From the NCBI GenBank assembly GCA_965549355.1, contig CBEVGD010000001.1, positions 1 through 52,726 on the forward strand: a stretch of DNA of 52,726 nucleotides. Reading direction: 5' to 3'. Both the position numbers and the translations under genes were made by a program. The DNA is from an uncultured bacterium. Its GTDB lineage: Bacteria; Actinomycetota; Humimicrobiia; Humimicrobiales; Humimicrobiaceae. Positions 28,371 through 38,632 of this stretch are shown piece by piece. Every line of letters begins with the position of its first letter. The first letter of the stretch is position 1. The notes under the pieces are model-generated. The model was not told where the DNA came from. It made no database searches and saw only the letters and a list, made by a program, of their open reading frames with translations.

Positions 28371-29000
28371 ATATAGACAGGGGACGATGAAAGCAATAAT
28401 AAATTTAATGACATATAATATAGTAATCAGCTTTGTGATTGTACCAACACGATGTTCAAATTCCCGGTAGGCTCCGATAAGCACTCCTAGAGAATATTCC
28501 AACCATGGCTTAAGGCTATGTTTACATTGTTGCCAGCCTTTTGAAGATAACTGTAAGGCCTCATAATATGTTTCCCTTGATTCTTCAATCAAACGTTCGA
28601 TCGAGATATATCGGCCCACTGTATAATCTATTTGATGAAGCATTAAAACCGTGAGCAACCTCGACACCCGGCCATTGCCGTCGTTAAAAGGATGAATGCA
28701 CAGGAAGTCAAAAACAAATGCCGGAATGAGAATAAGAGGGTTGGTCTGACGCTTATTCATAAGGCGGTTAAAACGAATACAGAGCTTTTTCATGTAACCT
28801 GGCGTCTCACTGGCCGATGATGGTACAAATCTCGTAATCCAGCGTCCATCAGAAAGACGCTCTTCAATGGTATTATCCTGTTTTTTCCACTGACCGGCCG
28901 GGATATCCGTGCGTGAATAAATCTGCTGATGTAAATTTAAAATCGTCTTTTCACTAATGATTTCATTATTACACCCAGCTAATAAATATTTTGTGTTTTT
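28362..29000 (-). pseudogene. Fic-domain (AMPylase/Doc family) gene remnant
   Basis: Core motif HPFNDGNGRVSRLL. The reading frame is open from 29000 (just after a TGA) with no start codon until Met at 28793, so the Fic N-terminal region is missing. The C-terminus ends in hydrophobic low-complexity sequence rather than a wHTH. Confidence 0.55.
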
Positions 29001-29246
29001 TCACCTTATTTTGTCCTTCTTTATACTTAAAACGGTCCGTAAAGGATCTATCTCTCTTCTAATTGTTAACAATTGTTTGTATTAGCTTAAAAGTATACTA
29101 CTGTTTCAATTGAAAAGTACTCCTAACCCAACTTTCTGTAAATTCTCATAAAATCACCTGATTTTATCTCTTTTTCTGTATAGGGTGCCAATGTAGTGAC
29201 CAAATAAAGATACCGGCTCCTTTACCTATCCTTCCGCTTCTACCAG

Positions 29247-31025
29247 TCATTTCTGCAGCTGATACTGATATTTATAGAGCTTATGGTATATGCCTTTTGC
29301 CTTAAGAAGCTCTTTATGGCTGCCTTTCTCTACGATCTCGCCATGAGAGAGCACTATTATTTTATCGACATTTTTTATTGTGGATAATCTATGGGCTATT
29401 ACTATTGTCGTCCTGTCCTCCATTATTTTTGAAAGAGCATCCTGTATAAGGGCCTCTATCTCCGAATCTATGCTGGAGGTCGCCTCATCAAGGACAAGCA
29501 ATACCTCAGGGTTGAATACCAGCGCCCTTGCAAAGGCGATAAGCTGCCTCTGGCCCACGGACAGAACCTGGCCCCTTTCCCTTACCTCGAACTCATACTG
29601 GTTGGGAAGTTTTTTGATGAATTTATGGGCATTGACGTATTTTGAAGCTTCTATGACTTTATCCAGGCTTATATCCTTATTGCCCAGCCTTATATTATCA
29701 AGGACCGTACCGGAGAATAGAAATACATCCTGCATCACAATGCCTATATGGCGCCTCAGGTCCTGAAGGTCGAATTTTTTTATATTGATATTATCCAGGA
29801 GTATCCTGCCTTTTTGTATTTCATAGAATCTGTTTATAAGGTTTATTATAGAAGTCTTTCCCGAGCCTGTGGCCCCGACAAAAGCAATGCTCTGGCCGGC
29901 ATGAAGGTCAAAGGATATATCTTTAAGGACATGGTCATCTTTATTATATGCAAACCAGACTCTGTCAAACCTTATATCGCCCTTGATTTTTTTCAGATGG
30001 ACCGGATCAACAGGAGAAGTGATGGCAGGTTTAAGATCAAGCAGATTAAAGATCCTCTCGGAAGCGGCAACCGCTTCCTGAAATATGCCGAATTTTTCGC
30101 TTAAATCACTTAGCGGGCGAAAGAACTTTTCAACATATTGTATGAAGGCCACAAGCGTACCGAGGGTAAGGACACTTCTTATCACCTGTCCTCCTCCATA
30201 CCATACCACAAGTGCTACTGCCATTGTGCTTATGAGGAAGACTATGGGTAAGAATATGGCATGATACAGAATGGTCCTGAGGTATACATTGAGGTACTGG
30301 CTGTTAAGGTCCTCAAATTCCATATTGTTTCCCTTCTCGCGGCTAAATAGCTTTGTGGTGACCACTCCTGATATGGCCTCCTGGAGGAAGGTATTAATAT
30401 TGGATATCTTTGTCCGTAGTATCCTGAAGGTGACCCGTACTTTTAAACGGAAAATAAAAGTTGCTACTGCAAGAAATATAAGGACAGAGAATGCGATAAG
30501 TGAGAGTCTCCAATTCAGAGCAAGCATGATGCCCATTATGCCGAGTATCATGAACAGATCTCCAAAAAGGGTTACTATGCCGGAAGAAAGCATCTCATTT
30601 AAGCTCTGTACATCTGTAGTGACTCTGGTCATTATCCTTCCCACTGGGTTTTTATCAAAATATGACATGGGAAATTTCTGTATATGTGAGAATATTTCCA
30701 TTCTCATATCATACATTACCTTCTGCCCTATATATTCAGTATAATAGCCCTGGAAATACCTTATTATAAATTCAAATAATATGGCCAGTCCATAGAGGGC
30801 CACTATATACACAAGCCCGTCAAGATTTCCGGGAGCAATATAATTATCAATGGCCAGCTTTATAAGATAGGGTCCTGCTACCTGCAGCCCCGCAGTCAGG
30901 AGCAGGAGGAAGATAGTCAGGGCAAGCAGATGCCTGTAGGGCTTGATAAATCTTAATAGCCTGGAAGCGGTCCTTGCATCTACCGGTCTTTCTGACAGTT
31001 CTTTTTCATAAAATCCTTCTGGCAA
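29247..31025 (-). CDS. ABC exporter half transporter (consensus-site subunit of a heterodimer)
   Basis: 592 aa. 6 TM helices, Walker A GATGSGKTS, signature LSVGQRQ, Walker B LLVLDEATSSID and H-loop IAHRLST. Confidence 0.9.
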   Translation of the reverse strand: MPEGFYEKELSERPVDARTASRLLRFIKPYRHLLALTIFLLLLTAGLQVAGPYLIKLAIDNYIAPGNLDGLVYIVALYGLAILFEFIIRYFQGYYTEYIGQKVMYDMRMEIFSHIQKFPMSYFDKNPVGRIMTRVTTDVQSLNEMLSSGIVTLFGDLFMILGIMGIMLALNWRLSLIAFSVLIFLAVATFIFRLKVRVTFRILRTKISNINTFLQEAISGVVTTKLFSREKGNNMEFEDLNSQYLNVYLRTILYHAIFLPIVFLISTMAVALVVWYGGGQVIRSVLTLGTLVAFIQYVEKFFRPLSDLSEKFGIFQEAVAASERIFNLLDLKPAITSPVDPVHLKKIKGDIRFDRVWFAYNKDDHVLKDISFDLHAGQSIAFVGATGSGKTSIINLINRFYEIQKGRILLDNINIKKFDLQDLRRHIGIVMQDVFLFSGTVLDNIRLGNKDISLDKVIEASKYVNAHKFIKKLPNQYEFEVRERGQVLSVGQRQLIAFARALVFNPEVLLVLDEATSSIDSEIEALIQDALSKIMEDRTTIVIAHRLSTIKNVDKIIVLSHGEIVEKGSHKELLKAKGIYHKLYKYQYQLQK

Positions 31026-31040
31026 TATAGCTCCTTAATT

Positions 31041-32845
31041 CTATGATTCTTCTTCAAGCTCCTCAGATAATTGCTGTCTGTGGTATAAGCTATTATATAT
31101 ACTGCACTTTTTCAGCAGTTCTCCATGGCAGCCCATTGAATCAATTTTCCCTTTATCAAGCACTATAATAAGGTCCGAATCTTTTATAGTGGATATCCTG
31201 TGAGATATGATAATAGTTGTGATATCCCTGGTTTCGGCTTTAAGGTCTGTAAGTATAAGCTCCTCTGTATTTGTGTCTACATTTGAGAATGAATCATCCA
31301 GTATCAGTATCTGCGGTTCTGCAAGAACCGCCCTTGCGATGGCAAGCCGCTGCTTCTGGCCGCCTGAGAGAGTCACGCCCCTTTCGCCGACAGGGGTAGC
31401 ATACTTTTCAGGAAAGCCTGATATATCCTCATGAAGGTGGGAGATAGTAGAAGCTCCTATGACTTTTTCATCGATCTCTTCTTTGCTCAGGCCTCCGAGA
31501 CTGTCTTCCGCTCCGAATAATATATTTTCCTTTATTGTCTTTGAAAACAAAAAAGGTATCTGGGTAACATAACCTATACTGCCTCTCAAGTGTTCCAGCG
31601 GATATTTTCTAATATCTATCCCATCAATATATATGGTGCCCTTTTGCGGGTCATCAAGCCTCGGAATAAGATTTGCCAGTGTTGACTTGCCTGATCCGGT
31701 GAAACCGACTATCCCGACCTGCATGCCTGCTTTGATATCAAAACTTATATTCTCAAGCATCGGGCCATCATCCGGCGAGGAAGGAATATCAACAAAATCC
31801 AGAAAATTTTCCTTGATAAGTTTTTTTGCATTGTTTCCGAGCTCATACCTGAAAGAGACATTTTTAAACCTGATATCTCCCCTGACGGGACCCGTGGCAG
31901 CACCTTTTGCGGGGCTCGTTATGCAGGCTTTATATTAAATATATTATTTATTCTTTTTATAGAGACCGATCCCCTCTGAATCAGGTTTATCACCTGCCCA
32001 AGAGCAAGAAGGGGCCAGGTTATGGAACCAACATATGCCGAGAACTGTACGAGTTGCCCCAGGGTCAGCGTACCGGCTACCACCTGTCTGCCACCTATCA
32101 GAAGTACCACCAGTATTCCTATGCCCCCAATAAATAGCATAGCGGGCCAGAATACGCTCCGGACCTTTGCAAGCGAGAGGTTTCTCTTTATATATTCCTG
32201 ATTGAGCTCTGAAAAGATATTCCTTTCATTTTTTTCCTGTGTAAAGGATTTTATGACCTTGATCCCTGCTATGCTTTCATGGGTCCTGGCAAAAAGCGCC
32301 GCATACTGTTCCTGGGACTTTTTAAATCTTGTATAGAGCATGGCACTTAATTTGGCCACTACAAATGGAAGTATCGGGATAGCTATCATCGAGTAAAGGG
32401 ATAGCTTTACATTTATAAGAAACATTATTAGAAAAGTGGTTGTAAACACAAAGATAGTATTAAAAAGATGCATGAGGCCGGGACCCAGAAAGTGCCTCAC
32501 AGCTTCCAGGTCATTTGTCATAATAGCCATTATGCTGCCTGTCTTAGTATTTATAAAAAAAGAAGGGTCAAGCTTTTGAAGATGGGCAAAGAAGTCTGTC
32601 CTTATGCTGTATTCGATCTTTCTCGAGATACCTATAAATATCTTTCTCATATAAAACCTGAATACTCCCTGAAGGGCGGCTATTCCTACAAGAAGTCCGG
32701 CATATTTTAAGAGATCTGCGGTATCGGGAAAGTTTTTAATACTGTCAATAGCCTGCTTTAATATCCAGGGAATAAGAAGTGCCAGAATGTCTGTAAGAAG
32801 TATGTATGCCACACTTCCACCCAAAGGGAGCCTGTGCCTTCTCAT
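31041..32845 (-). pseudogene. ABC exporter half transporter (degenerate-site subunit) split by a 1-nt frameshift
   Basis: The TMD ORF (31919-32845) ends ...INNIFNIKPA-TAA. The NBD frame is open from about 31935 and reads ...ITSPAKGAATGPVRGDIRFKNVSFRY...MLENISF. The paralogue has the contiguous sequence LLDLKPAITSPVDP...GDIRF. The NBD has Walker A GFTGSGKST, signature LSGGQKQ and Walker B ILILDDSFSNVD (D in place of the catalytic E). Confidence 0.7.
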
Positions 32846-33154
32846 GTATTTTAATAATGTCTTTAACTCTTTTATTTCTATCTCCCCGGAGTCAGTCTAT
32901 TTATATATTATATCAGCAACGGGCATTAAGAATAGAAGTATAATCATTTTATTTTTAAAGTAGATCCAAAATATGTGTTAAAAATATGCTTTAAAACCAA
33001 ATTTTAATAAGTCAAGAGCATAAACATGTATGAAGAAATGACGATTAATTGAAGTGGTTCTCTATCGATATTAAAGCAATCGAGGTAACATTTCCAACCC
33101 ACCATACTTTAAATTGAAAATATCAATCTCTGGCTAAAAATTAGTTGGCACGGC

Positions 33155-33454
33155 CTATCCGTATTTTTTTTGATGCAATTCACCGGCCCTGCGTATCCAC
33201 TCATCACGAACGATGCGGTCTTTAAAAGAACCGAGTTTTGCTGACAGGCTTGCGATGTCAGATGCCGAAAATTCGGATATTTGTTTAAATGTTGTTATAT
33301 TATTCTCGTGCAGCATTTTTTCGAGTACCGCGCCGACACCAAATATTTCTTTCAGATTATCAGGTCCAGCTGGCGCAGCTTTTGGTTTGACCGCTACGGC
33401 CGGTGCGGAAGCGGCCAATAAGCACAAGATAATTTGTCCAATAAGATAACCCAT
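33155..33454 (-). CDS. Small helix-hairpin-helix-type protein with signal or anchor peptide
   Basis: 99 aa. A hydrophobic N-terminus, an Ala/Pro linker, then DNLKEIFGVGAVLEKMLHENNITTFKQISEFS....FKDRIVRDEWIRRA, an HhH module like those appended to NuoE or L21-type proteins. Its start overlaps the upstream stop (TAATG). Confidence 0.5.
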   Translation of the reverse strand: MGYLIGQIILCLLAASAPAVAVKPKAAPAGPDNLKEIFGVGAVLEKMLHENNITTFKQISEFSASDIASLSAKLGSFKDRIVRDEWIRRAGELHQKKYG

Positions 33455-34149
33455 TATTCTACCTCCGTAATTTTAAATTCAACTCTTCGATTATTTTGAC
33501 ATCCTTCAGCAGTACTATTATCGGCGATCGGCTCACTACTGCCAAACCCTTTGGCGGATAAACGATCGGCGGCAATACTGCGATTAACTAATTGCGACAA
33601 AACTGCTTCAGCGCGTTCCTGACTTAGATCTATATTATGTATTTCGGATCCCTGATTGTCAGTATGACCGCCAATAGTAATTTGAACTTCAGGATATTCT
33701 CCCAATAATTCAGCCAGATGATCGATAATCGGTAAACTCGTCTGTTCGATAGTTGCTGTATTAGTCTGGAATTTGATATTATTTGCACCAATGAAATCAT
33801 CCAATTTATTCTGTAAGACGGTTGCCTCTTCAGCCTGAGATTCCGGTGCCGTCACTTCTAATAAATTGTGGACAACTCTCACACCCCGCTCACTTTCAAT
33901 AGCGTGTTCGATTTTCATTTTTATATCTTCTGAAGGCACTATACCTTCTATCGTTGCATCACGTCCGCTAAAACTTAATAATTTGTCTTGAATTTCAAAG
34001 CCGGCAACTGCTTTCTGTGAGCGCGATAAAATATCATTAGCTAAACCCTTGCCCCCATATCCCAAGTCCAATTTTTCACTTTCCTTGTTTTTTATTAGAG
34101 GATTAATTAATTTTCTTATAAATACTGCAAATGGAAAAAGTAAGAACAT
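33454..34149 (-). CDS. BON-domain plus OmpA_C-like (peptidoglycan-binding) protein
   Basis: 231 aa. A BON-like segment (ATIEGIVPSEDIKMKIEHAIESERGVRVVHNLLEV) is followed by OmpA-like I.F..N.A.I.......L..L...L...P...I.I.GHTDN.GS...N..LS..RA..V...L........RL...G.G...P.A.N.T..G...NRRVEF. Confidence 0.8.
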   Translation of the reverse strand: MFLLFPFAVFIRKLINPLIKNKESEKLDLGYGGKGLANDILSRSQKAVAGFEIQDKLLSFSGRDATIEGIVPSEDIKMKIEHAIESERGVRVVHNLLEVTAPESQAEEATVLQNKLDDFIGANNIKFQTNTATIEQTSLPIIDHLAELLGEYPEVQITIGGHTDNQGSEIHNIDLSQERAEAVLSQLVNRSIAADRLSAKGFGSSEPIADNSTAEGCQNNRRVEFKITEVE

Positions 34150-34250
34150 AAAATATGATGAGAATAATACTTTTAGGCCAAAGTTCTGAACTTCATTTAT
34201 TAATTGCTTTAGACAGCGCTCCCATTGTATAAACCGGTTTATATTAACAT

Positions 34251-36716
34251 TTAAATAAACTCGATCCTGATATCCGGAGACGGGTCATTTACTATCTCAA
34301 TGGAAATATTCTCAAGTTCTGGAGGCAGGCAAACCCTGGTTATGCCCGGCTGTTTTTCTGATTGAATAGAGATCCTTTGCGAATCATCAACGATTTCATA
34401 TTCTGAGCGGCCGTTTTCATCAGGGTATATCATCAGTGTCAGATCTTCCCGCTTAATCTCTTCTGTATTCCGGACCTCTTTTCCAAGTGGAAGGATCGAG
34501 CCGCCGCGGATATAAAAAGGTATCCTCCGGATATCACAGGTCTCCCTGATCCATGTTGGGCCGGAGTATTTCTTTCCTGTCTGAAAATCATACCAGATTC
34601 CTGCAGGTATATAGATATCTCTTGTCCCGCTCCTCGAAAGGATGGGAGCCACCAGGATATTCCGTCCACACATAAATTGATCCTCAATATTATAGACTGT
34701 CCTGTCATTTTGAAAATCCAATACCAGGGCCCGGAGAAGAGGAAGGCCTGCCGGCGCAGCAATATGTGATTCGGAATAGATGTATGGAATCAGTCTGTAG
34801 CGCAGATTCAGTAATCGGCGTACTATATCCTGAGTCTCTTTATGAAAGTTCCATGGCTCCCTGTATCGGGGAGGAGCGCCGTGAAACCTGATATGTGATT
34901 GAAAAATGGAAATCTGGGTCCATCTAATGTAAAGAGCATCGTCAGGGATACCTACAAAACCGCCGGTATCCTGGCTCCAGAAAGTGAACCCGGACAGTCC
35001 AAGGCTCAAGCCCCCGCGAAGAGAACATAAAAGGTTTTCATAATTGGCCGAGTTATCGCCTGACCAGTGAACAGGGTACCGCTGAGAGCCCGCATAGGCG
35101 CTTCTGGCCCATATGACACCCTCTCCGGTAGTTTCTTTTGTTATATCATAGACAGCTTTGTTATAGAGCAGGGGATATAGATTGTGCATCTGTCTTCCGT
35201 CATATTCTTTAAATCTCATTGCAGGCTCGATCCCCTCGCCGAAATCAGCTTTAATGGCAGATGCGCCAAGATCCAGCAGGCGCTTAATTAATTTCTGGTA
35301 CCAGAGAACAGCATCAGGCTTCGAAAAATCAATAGGATGGGCAGGAAACCTGAGAATAAAATTGAATGGTGCATTATTCCTTGCAAGAACTTTTTTCTTT
35401 TTGGCTTCCTTATAGAGCTTTGTCTCATCCATTACATAAGGAGCCTGCCAGAGAGATAATCTGAAGCCCATCTCCCTCGCCTTCCTGAACATGCCCTCAG
35501 GATCGGGAAACCTTTCTCTGTCAAATTCCCAGTCGCACTGCCAGTCCTTTTCAAACCATCCCGTATCTATATGAATAACATCGCACGGGATTTTCATTTT
35601 GCGCAGTTTTCCAGCTGTTTCAAGGACCTCTTTCTGGGAAAAATATGAAATCCTGGACATCCATGTCCCAAAGGACCATTTCGGAGGGACGGATGCTTTG
35701 CCTGTAAGCTCTGTGTAGTTAAATAGAATTTTCTTAAAAGTGGGTCCGTAGAAAAAGAAATAATCCATAAGATCGCCTTCTACGGCTACCTGAGTTTTAC
35801 AATATTCACGGCTCCCTACCCAGAATGTAATGGGCCTGCTCTCGTTAAAATAAACGCCGTATCCCCGGGTGCTCATAAAAAAGGGGATATTTTTATAAGT
35901 CCTTCCCGATGTATTTCCCATCCCCTCAAAATGCCAGAAACCAAAAGTCTTGCCTGTCTTGTTCAGGGATCCGAATCCTTCTCCTAATCCGTAGACCCCT
36001 TCCCCCGGATAAAGCACAAAGGACTCAACACTGTAGGTCTCAGGGCTCTTTTTGTCTTTTGCAAAACCGAGTGGCAGGGAATCCATTGTTGTAGGGAATT
36101 CGTTTTTAGTTTTCCCTCCTGTTTCCGTTATGAGATTTCTTGCCTTATCATATACCTTTATACAAAAATTCTTTTTGTAAATCTCCAGAGTAATCTTTTC
36201 AGTGGTTAATGTATAATGGTCATCCAACTCATTGAATTCAACTTTCAACTGGCCATCCCGGATATCATTGGCAATCATGGGAGTTCTATTTTCCGGCATT
36301 ATCTTTTCCCCGGTCAAGCGCAGACGGTAAGAATCAGCTTTTAAAATATCAATCTGCAGCAGGAGATTGTCGAAAGGTGTTTTAGGGGTGATCTTATAAT
36401 TATGTGCGAATGCAAAGTCAAGGTCCCTAATTTTATATACATCAAATCCCCTGGCATTAAAGATGAAAGAGTTTGATTTTTGTTCCCTGAACTCAACCTG
36501 CAGGACGCAGGAGGCTTTTTTCCTATTTATTTTTCGCAGTATGGTAAACAGTGAGAAAAAAGCGCTGCCGTCTACATCAAGAGGGTGATCAGTGAGTCCA
36601 AAATAGACATTGGGATTGTTTTCCCCCAATCTTCTTTTTAAAGAAGGATAGCGTATCCGTCCCTTGATAAGATACCACAGAGGTTTGAGATTATTGAGGA
36701 CCGTTTTTTTATCCAT
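34251..36716 (-). CDS. Glycoside hydrolase family 31 (YicI/alpha-xylosidase-like alpha-glycosidase)
   Basis: 821 aa. Nucleophile region IKADFGE, HWSGDNSANYENLLCSLRGGLSLGLSGFTFWSQDTGGF (acid/base region), and a DTGWF motif. Confidence 0.85.
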   Translation of the reverse strand: MDKKTVLNNLKPLWYLIKGRIRYPSLKRRLGENNPNVYFGLTDHPLDVDGSAFFSLFTILRKINRKKASCVLQVEFREQKSNSFIFNARGFDVYKIRDLDFAFAHNYKITPKTPFDNLLLQIDILKADSYRLRLTGEKIMPENRTPMIANDIRDGQLKVEFNELDDHYTLTTEKITLEIYKKNFCIKVYDKARNLITETGGKTKNEFPTTMDSLPLGFAKDKKSPETYSVESFVLYPGEGVYGLGEGFGSLNKTGKTFGFWHFEGMGNTSGRTYKNIPFFMSTRGYGVYFNESRPITFWVGSREYCKTQVAVEGDLMDYFFFYGPTFKKILFNYTELTGKASVPPKWSFGTWMSRISYFSQKEVLETAGKLRKMKIPCDVIHIDTGWFEKDWQCDWEFDRERFPDPEGMFRKAREMGFRLSLWQAPYVMDETKLYKEAKKKKVLARNNAPFNFILRFPAHPIDFSKPDAVLWYQKLIKRLLDLGASAIKADFGEGIEPAMRFKEYDGRQMHNLYPLLYNKAVYDITKETTGEGVIWARSAYAGSQRYPVHWSGDNSANYENLLCSLRGGLSLGLSGFTFWSQDTGGFVGIPDDALYIRWTQISIFQSHIRFHGAPPRYREPWNFHKETQDIVRRLLNLRYRLIPYIYSESHIAAPAGLPLLRALVLDFQNDRTVYNIEDQFMCGRNILVAPILSRSGTRDIYIPAGIWYDFQTGKKYSGPTWIRETCDIRRIPFYIRGGSILPLGKEVRNTEEIKREDLTLMIYPDENGRSEYEIVDDSQRISIQSEKQPGITRVCLPPELENISIEIVNDPSPDIRIEFI

Positions 36717-36717
36717 A

Positions 36718-37563
36718 TTAAAAATCCTCCACTTTCTTTATCTCCGCCTCCGGGTAGATCCAGCCTGCCTTCGGAGGCATTGAATTGTAGACCCGGTTTA
36801 TATTGACAGTGCCCAGTTTTATCCCCCTATGCCTGTTAAATCCTGAAAATTTACCTCTTACAAGAACATCTTCCATGTCGAGAGTAAGTCCAAATATTGC
36901 TATGTCGCTATCCTCTTTCAGGCTGATTAATTCGTCCCTGTATGCTCCCGGGTTAAATACTATTCTTGTACTGTCGGAAGCCTGGCATTGAAGCAAAGGT
37001 ATTATCATAGGATAACTATCTGTTCCTATGAAAGATAGAAATTTCAATGAATTTAGTCTGTTAAAAAGAGATTCTGTCCAGAAATTCATGACCCTTTTGT
37101 CATGTTTTAATGATGCTCCCTTTTTAGATATCTTTGTTAATATAGAAGAAAGTATAATCTTTGAGAGGGGAAGCGGACTTTTTACTGTTGTCTCAACAAG
37201 ATCCATGTAGTGGATTGTATGTATTCCCATATATGAATTATATCTCCACATGGGGAGTTTGTTAAATTTCTCGTAATCTTCCCCTTCTTTGAGGCAGCAC
37301 TGCCATCTGGCCTTTCCCCTCCAGAGCTGTCTGTCCATTGTCATAATTAAAAATCCTGTCTTCGGATTGCTCTTTACATTTATTTTGCTCTGCCCCTGTG
37401 AAAATTGTCCCCACATCAATATGCCGTCACCCTTTGCCAGAATTGTGCTGATAAGAGTTATGTGGGGCATCCCCTCATTGCTAACAGTCGCAATCAGCCC
37501 AATTTTATTTTCGGGTTTGAATGCTTCAATATCTTCTTTGCTGAATTTTCTCTTGATATCCAT
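36718..37563 (-). CDS. Two-domain PNPOx-like (FMN-binding split-barrel) family protein, function unknown
   Basis: ATG 37563 lies 4 nt after the activase stop, and its own stop is 1 nt before the GH31 ATG. The N-terminal half (IGLIATVSNEGMPHITLIST...TGFLIMT...WRGKARW) resembles the pyridoxamine-5'-phosphate-oxidase fold. Weak assignment. Confidence 0.4.
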   Translation of the reverse strand: MDIKRKFSKEDIEAFKPENKIGLIATVSNEGMPHITLISTILAKGDGILMWGQFSQGQSKINVKSNPKTGFLIMTMDRQLWRGKARWQCCLKEGEDYEKFNKLPMWRYNSYMGIHTIHYMDLVETTVKSPLPLSKIILSSILTKISKKGASLKHDKRVMNFWTESLFNRLNSLKFLSFIGTDSYPMIIPLLQCQASDSTRIVFNPGAYRDELISLKEDSDIAIFGLTLDMEDVLVRGKFSGFNRHRGIKLGTVNINRVYNSMPPKAGWIYPEAEIKKVEDF

Positions 37564-37567
37564 CTTG

Positions 37568-38617
37568 TTATTCCCGGTTATTTGCAATTGCCGTAATTTT
37601 ACAATAATCAACCATCCCGGGGCCGTTGCTGCCAGGGGGCGGTTTTCTTTGCTCAGTTTTAACGGGACCGGTCCAGATAATTTTTTGCGGCCTGTTGGAT
37701 GATTTCATTGCTGCAGCAAGGAGTTTATTCATTGTTTCACCCCCGAGAAGGTCATATTTTTTAAAATTCCATCTAAGGCCAAGGCGCTCATACTTATTGT
37801 TACAAAGATTATTGAAGGAACATAGCTCCCATCTGTCAAACTTGATAGAGTTATCAGATAGATATTTCCCAATGCCGGAGATGTTCTCGCTTGTGGCTGT
37901 TGCATCCGGAATAATGGGTGTTCTGATCCATAGAATCTCCGGATAGATGTGATCTTTAATGTATTTATTAATAAATTTAAGGTTATTTAGAATAAGCTCA
38001 TTCGTATTCCCGGTGAATTTTTTATGTTTTTCCGGATCTATCTCCTTAAGGTCGAAAAGAATGATATCAGTAAAGGGAAGTATTTTTTTTAATGAATCTT
38101 CTGAATACATTCCGCATGTATCAAAGGCTGTATTAACACCTTCAGCTTTTAATCTTTTTAATAATGATGATACAAAATCTGCCTGCATGCCGGGTTCTCC
38201 GCCGGATATTGTTATGCCTCCGGAAGATTTTTCAAAGTAAGCCCTATCTTTAAGTATCTCCTTTATGAGTTTGTCCTCTGTCCATTTCGAACCAATAATT
38301 TCAATAGCGCCGGACGGACATTCATCAGAGCAGGCTCCGCAGACATTACATTTTTCATGGTCCGCAAATATCTCTTTATTTTTAAAAAGAAGTGCATTTT
38401 CCGGACAAATATCAACACAAATCCCGCATTGAATACAATTTGTATTAATCCATTGGATCCGCGGTTTAAATGATATGCTCTCAGGATTATGGCACCAGGT
38501 GCATTTCAGGCTGCATCCTTTCATAAATACTGTAGTTCTAATGCCCGGCCCATCTTCAGTCGACATTCTTTGAATTTCAAGAACCATACCTTTCGGTTTT
38601 TCTAAACTGGAAGTCAT
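37568..38617 (-). CDS. Glycyl-radical-enzyme activating enzyme (radical SAM, with two auxiliary ferredoxin-type clusters)
   Basis: CSLKCTWCHNPE (CX3CX2C) near the N-terminus, then CIQCGICVDICP and CNVCGACSDECP motifs. ISGGEP glycine-rich SAM motif. A Pro/Gly-rich C-terminal extension of about 40 aa. Confidence 0.9.
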   Translation of the reverse strand: MTSSLEKPKGMVLEIQRMSTEDGPGIRTTVFMKGCSLKCTWCHNPESISFKPRIQWINTNCIQCGICVDICPENALLFKNKEIFADHEKCNVCGACSDECPSGAIEIIGSKWTEDKLIKEILKDRAYFEKSSGGITISGGEPGMQADFVSSLLKRLKAEGVNTAFDTCGMYSEDSLKKILPFTDIILFDLKEIDPEKHKKFTGNTNELILNNLKFINKYIKDHIYPEILWIRTPIIPDATATSENISGIGKYLSDNSIKFDRWELCSFNNLCNNKYERLGLRWNFKKYDLLGGETMNKLLAAAMKSSNRPQKIIWTGPVKTEQRKPPPGSNGPGMVDYCKITAIANNRE

Positions 38618-38632
38618 TTTCTGTTTTTCCCT

